Part shown: positions 1 through 9,576 of the stretch, in pieces
Position numbering within the stretch: position 1 is the stretch's first letter
Layout: each line of letters starts with the position of its first letter
Origin: an uncultured Verrucomicrobiae bacterium
GTDB taxonomy: Bacteria > Verrucomicrobiota > Verrucomicrobiia > Limisphaerales > Palsa-1400
DNA: 64,000 bases
Reading direction: 5' to 3'
Assembly: GCA_963707025.1 (NCBI GenBank)
Contig: CAVPOM010000017.1
Coordinates: 1 to 64,000, forward strand
Notes under the pieces: model-generated
What the model was told of the DNA's origin: nothing
The model's input: only the letters and a program-made list of their open reading frames with translations
Database searches by the model: none
Position numbers and translations under genes: made by a program

Positions 1-95
1 GGAAAACAGTGGCTTTAACCGGGAGAATAGTTGTAAGATGTTGCTATTTAGTAGTTTGCACACAGTTTCCTTCACGATGGCGGTGGGGCCGGGAT

Positions 96-136
96 GATGA
101 TAGCAGCGCTATAGTAAGTATAGCGCTGCTATCATC
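96..136. repeat. Perfect 18-bp inverted repeat with 5-nt loop
   Basis: gatgatagcagcgctata-gtaag-tatagcgctgctatcatc. Confidence 0.9.
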
Positions 137-220
137 TTCACCCTGGACCAGAAATTCTGGAGAAAGGGTGATAAAATCCGTGTATACATTTCAATATTTT
201 TATTCACACATTTTGCCCGG

Positions 221-1885
221 TTATTGTTCAATGTTTTCAGACCCCGGAACAGGGTCGGTTGGTGCCGACATGGCGGTGGGTGATGGCAGCGCCATGAAGC
301 TGCGCCTGTAGCCAACTGCCGCCTTTGCGCCCTTGCGTGGAATTCGGACCCGGTAGATCGAATTATCCCCTACCATGACCTGAATTAACTCTTTGGCACC
401 CCGTTCGGAGCTTCCCATAGCAATAATCATTTCCTCCAAGGTTTTATTTGCGATAGGTTCAGCATCGTCCCCGGGAATTGATTCCAGGACATCCTCGGGC
501 ATGATCTTCTCCTTGCTGGCGTTGTTTGGTTGTCTAAGATCCTTCGGATCCAGATCGGTTCTCTTTTTGAATAATGGATATGTGAAGCCTATCACAAAAG
601 GAGCCACAGGCGGGAAATCTCGCACTACGAGTTCCACAACCTCGCAATCTGGCACTGAGTGGTCGGTGATTGTCGTGATGGAGTCCGCATCCCGGCCGTA
701 GATTCCGCTCCCCGAAATGCGGTCAATGGAAGATTTGCCCGCCTGGTTGCCTTTGGAGAAATGTCCGACATACAATACCGCCGCGCCCGTTAATTTGAGA
801 ATCTCGTCCACGCCTGCACAAAAGGAGCTAATCGCAGAGGTTTGGTTCTCGTCCTGTCCGATCAACAGTTTGTAAACAGGATCGATAATGATCAGATCGT
901 AAGGCCCTTTCTCCCGGTGATACTTCAAAATCAGGGCGGTCAGATCCGAAATGTTGGTGACACTGCCTCGAAGGCTAGCGAAATGCAGATTGGGAAGTTT
1001 GCCTCCACCGACATCGATTTGTTTAGAGGCACAGACAGCGATACTGCGTTCCTTCATGGAAGCTTTCGACATCTCCAAATCGGCGATTAACACATTGCCG
1101 GGATTTGTGGGAAAGCCCAGCCAATTTGTGCCTGTTGCAACGGCTGTTGCTAAATCCAACATCAAAAACGTCTTCCGCGCTTTCGAACTGCCGCTCAATG
1201 ACATTTTCGTTGCTTTTCGCAACAGGCCCTTAATTATCTCCGGCGCCAGCACCACGGAAGGGTCGTCGACGAGATTGTCAACCGTGCAGAAGTCAGTTGT
1301 GGCCGGGGCGGAGGCAGCTAGTGCTTTTTCGAGGATTCCCTGGAGGTCCGCAAGTTTTGCGGGTTTGGCATTTTGCCTTTTGTTAATGTCGCTAATTAAG
1401 CCGGCGCAGATCCGGCCTTCCATCCAAACCTTAAATTCACTGCTGTTCGCTTTCGCCCGGCAATCCTCCAGCGTAATCTCCCGGGCAAGTTCCCTTTCCT
1501 CCACGAGCTCTGCCAACAACGGCACCGTCTTTGCCTGGTTGACCGTTTTTATGTTAATCCAATCAACCACATAAGCCTCAATTTGCTTTTCTGGCGCCGG
1601 CAAATCCACATTGGCCCATTCTGGCCTGTTGTCAAATTTGCGCCAATAGGCATCCAATGCCTGAAATAATACATTGTAGCGGTCAGTGATGAAATCGCGC
1701 CTGTAAACCCCCATTACGGCGTCCCGCGGGCATATCTGATCGCGCATCTCAATGTAAAACCGATAATGCCGCATCATCCCAAAAATCAATTCCCGTTCGA
1801 ATGTCTCCGGGTTCTGGGCCAAGGCCAGTTCGCCCGGCGATGGAGGCGGTTGGTCCTTGTTATAGCGAGGAAACATCTCCTTCAT
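221..1885 (-). CDS. AAA_25/RepA-type (SF4-like) helicase with a possible DnaB-N-like N-terminus
   Basis: Walker A-like SGSSKARKTF, ADLEM, Walker B LIIIDP, VGHFSKG and SGSG motifs. Confidence 0.8.
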   Translation of the reverse strand: MKEMFPRYNKDQPPPSPGELALAQNPETFERELIFGMMRHYRFYIEMRDQICPRDAVMGVYRRDFITDRYNVLFQALDAYWRKFDNRPEWANVDLPAPEKQIEAYVVDWINIKTVNQAKTVPLLAELVEERELAREITLEDCRAKANSSEFKVWMEGRICAGLISDINKRQNAKPAKLADLQGILEKALAASAPATTDFCTVDNLVDDPSVVLAPEIIKGLLRKATKMSLSGSSKARKTFLMLDLATAVATGTNWLGFPTNPGNVLIADLEMSKASMKERSIAVCASKQIDVGGGKLPNLHFASLRGSVTNISDLTALILKYHREKGPYDLIIIDPVYKLLIGQDENQTSAISSFCAGVDEILKLTGAAVLYVGHFSKGNQAGKSSIDRISGSGIYGRDADSITTITDHSVPDCEVVELVVRDFPPVAPFVIGFTYPLFKKRTDLDPKDLRQPNNASKEKIMPEDVLESIPGDDAEPIANKTLEEMIIAMGSSERGAKELIQVMVGDNSIYRVRIPRKGAKAAVGYRRSFMALPSPTAMSAPTDPVPGSENIEQ

Positions 1886-2278
1886 ATTTTGTGCCTTTCC
1901 GCGCTAGTAAATGAGAAGGGAGTCCGGCGCTTGAAACGCAAATAGGAAGGTGTGCTGCCAGCCCATTCCCAGGCGCACGGACTCCAAATACAAATTGACC
2001 TTTCTAGCAGCACAAATGTAATATAACCTCGTATTGGACATTTGCAATGAAGATTTGAGACAATGTATTCTCGACTTACTAAAGCAATGTTTACATGAAC
2101 GACTTAATAACAATGTTTATAGGATGCAATGTGTGCAACATACACGCTTCTTCACGGTATAGAGTAGGAGGATAAAATGGTGTTTCTCTCGGCAGCATAG
2201 TGGTAGAATTCATAATGTGCGCAGAAAAACAGAACGCGAGTGCTGCTTGCAGGTTTCGGGTGTCGTTGTATCCGTGTG

Positions 2279-3702
2279 CTAATCACCGACCATTTCGTCA
2301 GGCGGCTCCGGGTAGGCGTTATAGATGACCCCATCCAACTTGGCCTTGGGGGTCAATCCATCCTTTTTCTGTTTGCGCGTCACCTTTTTTCCGTCCTCGC
2401 CAAAGTCGCCTCATTGTTTGAAGAAAAACGGGATTTTGGCTTTGGCGCACTGATCCCGGATGGCGATCACCCATGCCTTCTCCATGCGGCGTTCAGATCG
2501 CTCTCGCCGCCAACCACCACCCAATCGATGCCGACCGCATCGGCCAACTTAACGGGACCAATCATCGGCTCAACGCTCAGCCAGCGAATGGCGGCCTTGG
2601 TGTTTTTCAAGTGCGGGTAGCGTTCATCGAAGGCGTCTTGGTTCTCGGTCGAGGTGCCCAGCCAGATGTTGACCAGGGGCTGACGTTCTTTGTAACGCCT
2701 CTGGGTAAATACGGCCATGCGCTCGGGGCGTTTGGTCAGCACCTGAAATTGATGCCAGCTTGCGTTTTCCATCACCGTGAAGACAGCCTGGATGAATTCA
2801 TCCGGCACGTCCTTGTGGAACAAGTCGGACATGGAGTTGACGAACCAGCGTTTCGGCGTCTTGTCCTGGAGGGGTTCAGCCAATTCCTGCGGCAGGAGTT
2901 GGATTTTGCCGGTGAAGGCATATTTGCCATTGGCCAGCTTCTTTGCCAGTCCCGGAAAAACATCCGCCTCCCGGGTGGCAACGCATTTGGCCGCGTAACA
3001 GTTGTCGCAACCGCTGCTCGCCCGGGTGCATCCTTGCAACGGATTCCAGGTGGCCTCTGTCCAATCTATGCCCGTCGAGCGGCGCGGACCGCCCAGGGCC
3101 GCCGCCTTCTTCGCCAGATTGTCGAAAACCTGGAGAATCGCGGTAGTCGTCTTCTCTGGCAATTGGGCCTTCTCCTCCTGCACGAGATTTCGGAACCGTG
3201 CGGCCAACTGTGCCGCCATTGATTCCTTTGGCGCCGCCGGTGCCGCCGGCGGGTTCAGAAACATGACGGCAGCCTGCATCAGTTTGGGTGATAATTCAGT
3301 TGTGCCAGCCCATTTCATCCAACGCTGGGCAAGGTCAATGGCTGCGTCCTGTTCGCCAGAGTCGAGCCTCAACAACGGCCGCAGGTGACGGTCGCTGGTG
3401 AACAGTTTTACGGCATTGTCTCCCACGGGAGACAATCGGTTCAAAAGGCGGCCCTCGCTGGCCAGGCGGAGCGAATGGGAACGACTATAACCAAGCTTGG
3501 CCTTGAAAAACGCCGCCTCCGTGGCGTAGTCGGCACAGCGATACAGTTCCTGCTCCTGGATCTGATAAACTGCGTCAGCCAGGCTTTGGAAATTCGCCCT
3601 CTCATCGGATTTGCATTTCTCAATGGTGCTCATGTGCCTGGCCAAGGCCGCTTTTTGCGCCTCGGTCGGCGCCGGAATTTGGGATTCGAGAGATTTTGTC
3701 AT
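2279..3702 (-). pseudogene. DUF5131 (phage Gp37/Gp68, radical-SAM-like) protein with an extra N-terminal helical domain; frameshift near 2490 plus in-frame TGA at 2411-2413
   Basis: TGIDWTEATWNPLQGCTRASSGCDNCYA, FVNSMSDLFH, LTKRPER, WVVVGGES; the shifted frame continues WVIAIRDQCAKAKIPFFFKQ*G...LDGVIYNAYP to TAG at 2279. Confidence 0.8.
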
Positions 3703-3914
3703 AATAGTTTTTATGGTTGAAAAGGGCGCCGAGCGGTTGGCCCAGCGGCCCATTCTAATATCCATAACAAGCTAGGCCGGCCGGAAGCACGGATGGTGAG
3801 CAAGCCCCATCCGGCCCGGAATCTCCTGTCGAATGCCGCAAAGCGGCACAGGACGGCCTGGTAATAGATAAATGGTCAGACCGTTAATCATGATAAGTTT
3901 GGTCAGGGTTGCCC

Positions 3915-4592
3915 TTAAATTTCCTTTCTTAATTCTGCCAAGCAAGCTTTTGACAAGGCGACATATTTGGGAACAGTGTCAATGCCAACCGAATTGCGCC
4001 CAAGTTGCCACGCCACGATATTTGTCGTCCCGGAGCCGGTGAACGGGTCAAGCACCCAATCGCCTGGAGCCGTAAAGAGTTTAATGAACCATTCCGGTAA
4101 AGCCTTTGGGAAAGTAGCCGAATGACATTTGTTTGAAGCTTCTGTTGCCAAATGTAAAACGTTGGACGGATATGCCATGTCCCGACCAACCCAGTTAGAA
4201 ATATTTTTGCCGAATCCACTTCCAACATGTGAATTATCCCGCCGCTTGTCGGTTGCACTTAGATTTTTCAGCCTGGCGTGCCGCCAATCACCCATCGGCA
4301 CCATCACCTCCGGCGCGGTGCTATGCACCGGAGCCGAATCATCAGCAACGGCCGGCATAGTCGGGTTCAGGCCATCAATAGGAAATTCGCCGGCCTCCAA
4401 TGGAAGTGCCTTCTGTGCAGCGGGTTCAAACCCAGTTGGTTCGGCCGATTGCGGCTCGCCTTCTGAACCCCCAATCAAATCAAACGGAATCTCACCCGGA
4501 AACGCTTCCAAATCCTGGTATTCGGGCTCGCCCTCCTGGCCGCCAACCAGTTCATCTTGACAACGGGGCGTGGTTATGTGATTATTAGTCAT
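3915..4592 (-). CDS. Partial N4/N6 DNA methyltransferase: C-terminal SAM-binding half fused to an acidic low-complexity N-terminus
   Basis: YPSNVLHL, HSATFP, VLDPFTGSGTT present; no SPPY/DPPY motif; GGAGGA RBS before the ATG at 4592. Confidence 0.7.
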   Translation of the reverse strand: MTNNHITTPRCQDELVGGQEGEPEYQDLEAFPGEIPFDLIGGSEGEPQSAEPTGFEPAAQKALPLEAGEFPIDGLNPTMPAVADDSAPVHSTAPEVMVPMGDWRHARLKNLSATDKRRDNSHVGSGFGKNISNWVGRDMAYPSNVLHLATEASNKCHSATFPKALPEWFIKLFTAPGDWVLDPFTGSGTTNIVAWQLGRNSVGIDTVPKYVALSKACLAELRKEI

Positions 4593-4748
4593 CGAAGTCC
4601 TCCGCTGTGGTGGGTGGGTGGTGTTTTTCGGCCTCGTCCCCGTTTGCAACGGGGGCGAGGTATTTCATGTACCCGTCTCCTAGTGGCGTGGCACAAACTG
4701 GCATTCGTGTTTTCATTCGCCGTTAATTCGAGATGTCCTGCCCACTGG

Positions 4749-4946
4749 CTAGTCCTTCGGAAACAGCGCCGTACCAACCTTCTCTGGATCAAAAAAGACC
4801 AGCCTGCCGCATCGGGTATGTGGAATTCGGCCAGCCTTTCGTTGCTCTCGCAGCCACCGCACCGTGGGCCGGCAAGATTTGTCAAAAAGAGCTTCCAGAA
4901 GGCCATTGCCATCAACCAGCTTGGAAATATCAATTTTATTGTGTAT
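4749..4946 (-). CDS. Small excisionase/HTH_17-like DNA-binding protein, absent from the ORF track; start non-canonical or frameshifted
   Basis: Manual translation: IHNKIDISKLVDGNGLLEALFDKSCRPTVRWLREQRKAGRIPHTRCGRLVFFDPEKVGTALFPKD*. Confidence 0.65.
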   Translation of the reverse strand: MHNKIDISKLVDGNGLLEALFDKSCRPTVRWLREQRKAGRIPHTRCGRLVFFDPEKVGTALFPKD

Positions 4947-4960
4947 AGGTAATACCTATA
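4944..4960. promoter_or_regulatory. Palindromic operator candidate between the divergent HTH genes
   Basis: tataggta-a-tacctata, perfect 8-bp arms. Confidence 0.55.
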
Positions 4961-5060
4961 GACATTCCTAAACTCCCCTGCAATCCATTTTTTTCACTTT
5001 TAATGCTTTTAATGCCTATAGATGTGGGCTTTAGAATATGGAAGACACTTGAATTTTAAT

Positions 5061-5751
5061 ATGAGACGATCACCAGAGAGACACACGCTCGCGATCTTGC
5101 GTAAGATAATAGGCTTAACACAAGCTAAGTTTGGGAAGATGGTCAACAAGTCAGGACGAACGATTCAGATGATAGAGCTGGACCCGAACTACCGACTTAC
5201 GCCGGAACTCGCCGACAAAATTTCACACGAAACACACGTTGACCTGGACTGGCTTCTCCGCAATGACGTTTCAATGCCACCAATCTCACAATACAAGACG
5301 CCATACACGAAGGACGACTTTGAATGGGCACAAGCAGTGAACTGCGGCAGGGCGATCGACAAAAGTGGCCCTGAAGGGTTTATTGTCGAACTTCAGGTGT
5401 TGATCGCAACCCTGGTTGCAAGAATCGGCGCTACAGCTCTGGCGGCTCAAAAATCTGGAAAGGTCAATTTATTCAGGTGGAAATCGACCCGGGCAATTCG
5501 ACGAATTGGGCCGTGAGTTCGGAGCGAGCGCAAGTGACGCCAATGCGTTGCTCTCCGCGTGGCCACCCTGGCGCGGCGAAACTTATGACCTTGAGGAGTT
5601 TAAGTTGGACTCAATGATGAAACTGTTGAACATTAGATTTGTGCTCAGGGAACGTCAGCGTGCAAAATTGAAGTCAAATCAGTTTAATCGAAAGGTCATG
5701 TTAGCAGAGGCGATTACGGGTGCAAGAAGACTTAAGCGGCGCGCATCTTGA
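5061..5751 (+). CDS. XRE-family HTH regulator, apparently frameshifted near 5490
   Basis: LRKIIGLTQAKFGKMVNKSGRTIQMIE HTH; overlapping ORFs 5022-5516 and 5416-5751. Confidence 0.65.
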
Positions 5752-5966
5752 GAATTTTGCCGTTGGCGGTTGTGAGCATGATTTGCCAAAATTCCTTTGC
5801 GTCCTTGGCCTTGCCCTCATGCTGATGTTTGGCAAGCCGGGCGGGGCGTTAAAGATGTGCTAAAAGATTTGCTAAATTTGCTAGGAATTGAACAGAAAGA
5901 AGATGACGCAAGAGGAAACAAAGAAACAACCCGCAGAGCGGGGATAACTTGCAAGCCATTGATTTT

Positions 5967-6368
5967 CACAGCCATCCCACAGGAAATTGGAAAAAAGTGT
6001 TGGCTTGACCATTTGAACCTGCCACAAGGCAGGCATGAAAAACAAAAAAATCAAACCGACACGGTCCCGGTTTAACGTTTTGCGCCAGATTTGCAATCTC
6101 ATTCCTGCGCATGAAGTCTCCAAAATAGCGCGGGAGACCGGGGCTCTGGATAAGTCGCGCACCTTCAGTCCGTGGAGTCACACGGTCAGTTTGCTGGACG
6201 CGCAACTCATCCATGTGATTGATAGCACGACCATGGAACTGGTGGCCAACTGCCTGGACTGGGCCAAGCACCGCCGGCGCAAGGCCGCCGCCAAAACCCA
6301 TATGCGGTTGAATCTGCAGAATCTTTTGCCCGGTTTTGTCATTGTGGACACTGCCGCCGAGCACGACA
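5967..6368 (+). mobile_element. Truncated IS4-family remnant with a 237-bp in-frame internal deletion; 3' part missing
   Basis: Starts cacagccatcccacagg like the copies at 50237 and 54660; lacks the equivalent of 50480-50716; match ends at ...gagcacgaca. Confidence 0.9.
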
Positions 6369-7036
6369 GGCCAACACCACCGCGTGGGCATGTCTTTGAG
6401 CAATGTTGTTCCGATATCTGTGGGACTCGGAAGATACTTTTTGATTAAGGCATTCATCTTAGCTGCCTCATCCAAGTTTATTGGACTTGGGGCAAATGAC
6501 ATGTCCAATATCACCTCAAGAAGAGTTTCTCCTAGAGTAGTTGGTATAGGCGGCCACGGCCCTGGGGGGCCAGCGAGCCACAGATAGGCGCCGGTTTCTG
6601 AGTCCTCCGTCTTTATGATATACTCAGGGACAGTGTTGGTTGTGAATGTTGATGCACACTTTAGTTTAGGACAGTCGCACTTAAACGGTCTCGTCACTGA
6701 CCTCGAGTACACTACAAGCAGACCTGAGCTCGTACCGCCACCGTCGCTGGTCTTTTCATAATCACTGTCCGGCTCAACCTTGGCCTTTTTCCAGGCAGTA
6801 GCACTAATAGGCGGCCCACTAAAGCCGCATTTTTGGTACGAAAGTCCTTTGACATCGTAGATGTTTATCAGATCATTCCTGCAAATGTTATACAGATTGA
6901 GTCCGGCATCCTCTCGCTTTGGGTCCCTGGATAACCAACGACCAGTTTGCGGATTGTAAAAGGCGATTGCTTGGTTTGATGTCAACAAACCAATAGAAAG
7001 GAGCACAAAAGGAAGAATTTTATTTTTCAAGTTCAT
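6369..7036 (-). CDS. Signal peptide + RHS-core end motif + Cys-rich variable C-terminal domain; 3' end lost at the IS junction (ORF reads on into the IS to 5966)
   Basis: MNLKNKILPFVLLSIGLLTSNQAIA-FYNPQTGRWLSRDPKREDAGLNLYNICRNDLINIYDVKGL. Confidence 0.7.
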
Positions 7037-7039
7037 ATT

Positions 7040-7576
7040 TTATGGGGGTTGAATGGTGACATTGGGAGGTGGCTTCGATGTATCTGTTGGGGGTGGCTGT
7101 CCGGCATGCTGTCGGGTTTCCATCATGCCCCGGTTGTACTTATTCATGGTGTTAACAAATGCCACCGGGTCTTGCGGGGATTGCGCGGGATGGACGGAGG
7201 GCATCGCGTAGGATGGGATAACCCTGGGTTGGAGTAGTGCCAAAAAAAGTTGGTGTTCAGGCCATTGCGGAGTCAATGTCTGTGCTTCGTGATATGCTTC
7301 CCGGGCTTCGCGAAGACGAGCGGCGACTCTTAAACAATGTCCGCGTGTTTCGAGAAAAAGCGATAAATCTTCGGCTGCCGTGAGCGATTTGAGGTACGAA
7401 TTCTCCTTGATGTCTTGCTCAGTGATCGGGAACGGCCACTTCTTGTAGTAATTGTCCTCTGGTGTCGTCAGCCCTTGCCCTGTGGCTTCGATGTTAAACC
7501 GTTCCTTGCCGTCGGCGCTTTCCCAACGAGCAAACAGATGGTCTCTGGCCGTCACCAATTTCATGGGATATGGCAC
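7040..7576 (-). pseudogene. 5'-truncated transglutaminase-like/SirB1-like protein with TPR-like helices and a Pro-rich tail
   Basis: YPMKLVTARDHLFARW...RFNIEAT (His and NIE motifs); the upstream Cys-containing part is missing. Confidence 0.5.
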
Positions 7577-7727
7577 GGGAAGCGAGCGCGGCGCCTTATC
7601 CGGCGTTCACGAAGCCTGGCGCAATGGCAACGCCACCGGCCGCTCTCCGTTCCGGTGGCGTGATTGTGGGCGGTTCCCCCCGGCAGGACCAAAACCGGCA
7701 TCCGGCAATCAAGGATTACAAACTCAA

Positions 7728-8069
7728 ATGAAAGACGAGCAACATCAATTTCTGTCGTTGGTTGGGCAGCTCCCGGCCCGGCTGACTGTCGAACAAGCGG
7801 CCTGGGTGCTCGGTTGCCAGTTCCATGACATGCCGATCCTCATTTCAACTCGTCTGCTGAAACCCCTCGGAAACCCGCCACAAAACGCCGTCAAGTTCTT
7901 TTCCACGGCAGAGGTTGCGGAATTGACCAAAGACCGGGCATGGCTGGCAAAGATGACGAACACCATCAGCCAGCACTGGCACAAAAGAAACGTGCGCCAG
8001 AAAAGCCACTCCCGGAACACTTCGGAACATGGGCACTCCCCGCTCCTCGCTCTGTCCGAGGCGGTGTAG
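7728..8069 (+). CDS. Excisionase-like small DNA-binding protein
   Basis: LPARLTVEQAAWVLGCQFHDMPILISTRLLKPLGNP; convergent with the integrase. Confidence 0.65.
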   Translation: MKDEQHQFLSLVGQLPARLTVEQAAWVLGCQFHDMPILISTRLLKPLGNPPQNAVKFFSTAEVAELTKDRAWLAKMTNTISQHWHKRNVRQKSHSRNTSEHGHSPLLALSEAV

Positions 8070-8102
8070 TCCTGCCAAGAATTGCCCTTGGCAGGGGCCC
8101 GA

Positions 8103-9125
8103 TTATTGATTCACCGCCATTGGCATTGGCACGATTTTCCTTTCGTAATCTTCCAACGAGGGAACAATGACCTTGGCTTTTCTGGAATAGGCCCGCGCAA
8201 ATGCCTTGGAACTGTGCCCAAGGGCCTGCTGCGCGAATCGTTCGGGCATCCCCACCGTCTTGGCCCGTTCCGCCCAGGCGTAACGGTAGCTGTGCATGGA
8301 AATGCCGGTAATCCCTACTGTCTTGAGCCGCTTAATGAACATCTTGGCGCGATGGTTTTCTTTGAGTCGTGCCATGCGTGGGAACAACGGGCCAAACTTT
8401 GGAAGCGACTCCAACAGGCTCGCGGCTTCCGCGCCAAAGGTGATAATCACCGGCACGCTGGTTTTGCGGCGTTGGTAGGAAATGGTATGGTCTTTCCAGT
8501 CAATGTCCCCGGCGGTCAATTCCGCGATGTCCGTTTGCGAGCCGCCCAAGTGCCACAAAAATTGATAATACGCCCGGATTTCCGGGTTGTGTTCGCGGTC
8601 AATGATTTTCAGGTGTTCCTCAAATGTAATCGCCCGGCGTTCCTTGTGCTTCACGGTAGGCCAGAGGCGTTTCGGCAACACCGGCCAGGGAAGCCAGTGC
8701 ATCCCGGTCGCGTAGTTGTGAAGGCGGCGCAAAAACATGTTGGTCGAGATCGTGCCTGCGGCCAGGACCTGCACGAAATGCTCAGAGGTTGTTTCGATGA
8801 GTTTCCGACTGCGGATAAGATCAAATGCTTTGTCCCTCATGGCCGATGTCCAGCGGGCCTGTGTCGGCCCGGTTTTGAGCGGCCCCATTGCGTCCATGAC
8901 GTTTTGCCATGTGCGGGTTGCCATGGTCGGGTCGCTGTGCTGCAAATAGACCTGGGCGATTTGCAGATTCATTTCCACATGGCGGACGGCTTCGTTCCGG
9001 GCCTCAATCAGGCGCTGGGCTTCGCCGGCGTCATTGATTCCCAGGCTCTCCCGCTTCTTGGTGAGGGTGTCGAAACAGTAATAGGCATCGCGGATTCCGC
9101 GATAGATGAGACGATAGCGCTTCAT
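8103..9125 (-). CDS. Tyrosine recombinase / integrase
   Basis: HSYRY and QQALGHSSKAFARAY catalytic motifs; next to tRNA. Confidence 0.9.
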   Translation of the reverse strand: MKRYRLIYRGIRDAYYCFDTLTKKRESLGINDAGEAQRLIEARNEAVRHVEMNLQIAQVYLQHSDPTMATRTWQNVMDAMGPLKTGPTQARWTSAMRDKAFDLIRSRKLIETTSEHFVQVLAAGTISTNMFLRRLHNYATGMHWLPWPVLPKRLWPTVKHKERRAITFEEHLKIIDREHNPEIRAYYQFLWHLGGSQTDIAELTAGDIDWKDHTISYQRRKTSVPVIITFGAEAASLLESLPKFGPLFPRMARLKENHRAKMFIKRLKTVGITGISMHSYRYAWAERAKTVGMPERFAQQALGHSSKAFARAYSRKAKVIVPSLEDYERKIVPMPMAVNQ

Positions 9126-9181
9126 AACGGTTGATCGTAAATGAAGTGCGAGCGTTCGCGTTAGCGAGTACTGGCGTAACA

Positions 9182-9242
9182 CTGACAGCATTCTGACAGG
9201 ATTCTGACCTCCTTGCCAAAGTGGTGTCCATTTTGGTGTCCA
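9182..9242. repeat. Short direct repeats between integrase and tRNA; candidate arm-type binding sites
   Basis: ctgacag x2 plus ctgacc (9182-9209); tggtgtcca x2 (9222-9242). Confidence 0.55.
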
Positions 9243-9289
9243 CCGCCGCTCTCTCCTCCTCAACCCATTGTGTTACAACACATTGGAAA

Positions 9290-9365
9290 TGGAGCCAGTT
9301 GCCGGACTTGAACCGGCGACCCATGCTTTACGAAAGCATTGCTCTACCAACTGAGCTAAACTGGC
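9290..9365 (-). tRNA. tRNA-Thr(CGT) with encoded CCA
   Basis: GCCAGTTTAGCTCAGTTGGTAGAGCAATGCTTTCGTAAAGCATGGGTCGCCGGTTCAAGTCCGGCAACTGGCTCCA folds as a 76-nt cloverleaf. Confidence 0.97.
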
Positions 9366-9576
9366 TTCAAACTCCCCTCCACGCTATGTTTGGGTCGGAA
9401 GTGTGGCAAGCCAATTTGCGCAGGCTACTGCGGGCAGGCCGACCCTGTCCTGCACAAGTTTGTGGAGGAGAGGAAGAACAGGCTGGAGGCTTCCCTGCAT
9501 GAGCCAGCCGTGCCGGTAGCCGGCCCTGCCTCCTTCCTCCTCGCTTTGGCGCACCGGTCTGTTATCCTGGGGTTGG

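Larger units (their letters stand above)
1..9289. mobile_element. Integrative element / genomic island inserted at the 3' end of tRNA-Thr; left end lies outside the window; decayed
   Basis: Tyrosine integrase next to the tRNA 3' end; helicase, HTH, MTase, DUF5131, RHS and IS cargo; visibly more AT-rich than the DNA after 9400. Confidence 0.85.

Noticed and set aside
2411..2413. TGA recoded as Trp or Sec
   Set aside because: TGA is used as a normal stop in many genes here (patatin upstream gene, padR, oxidase), and the same gene also has a frameshift.
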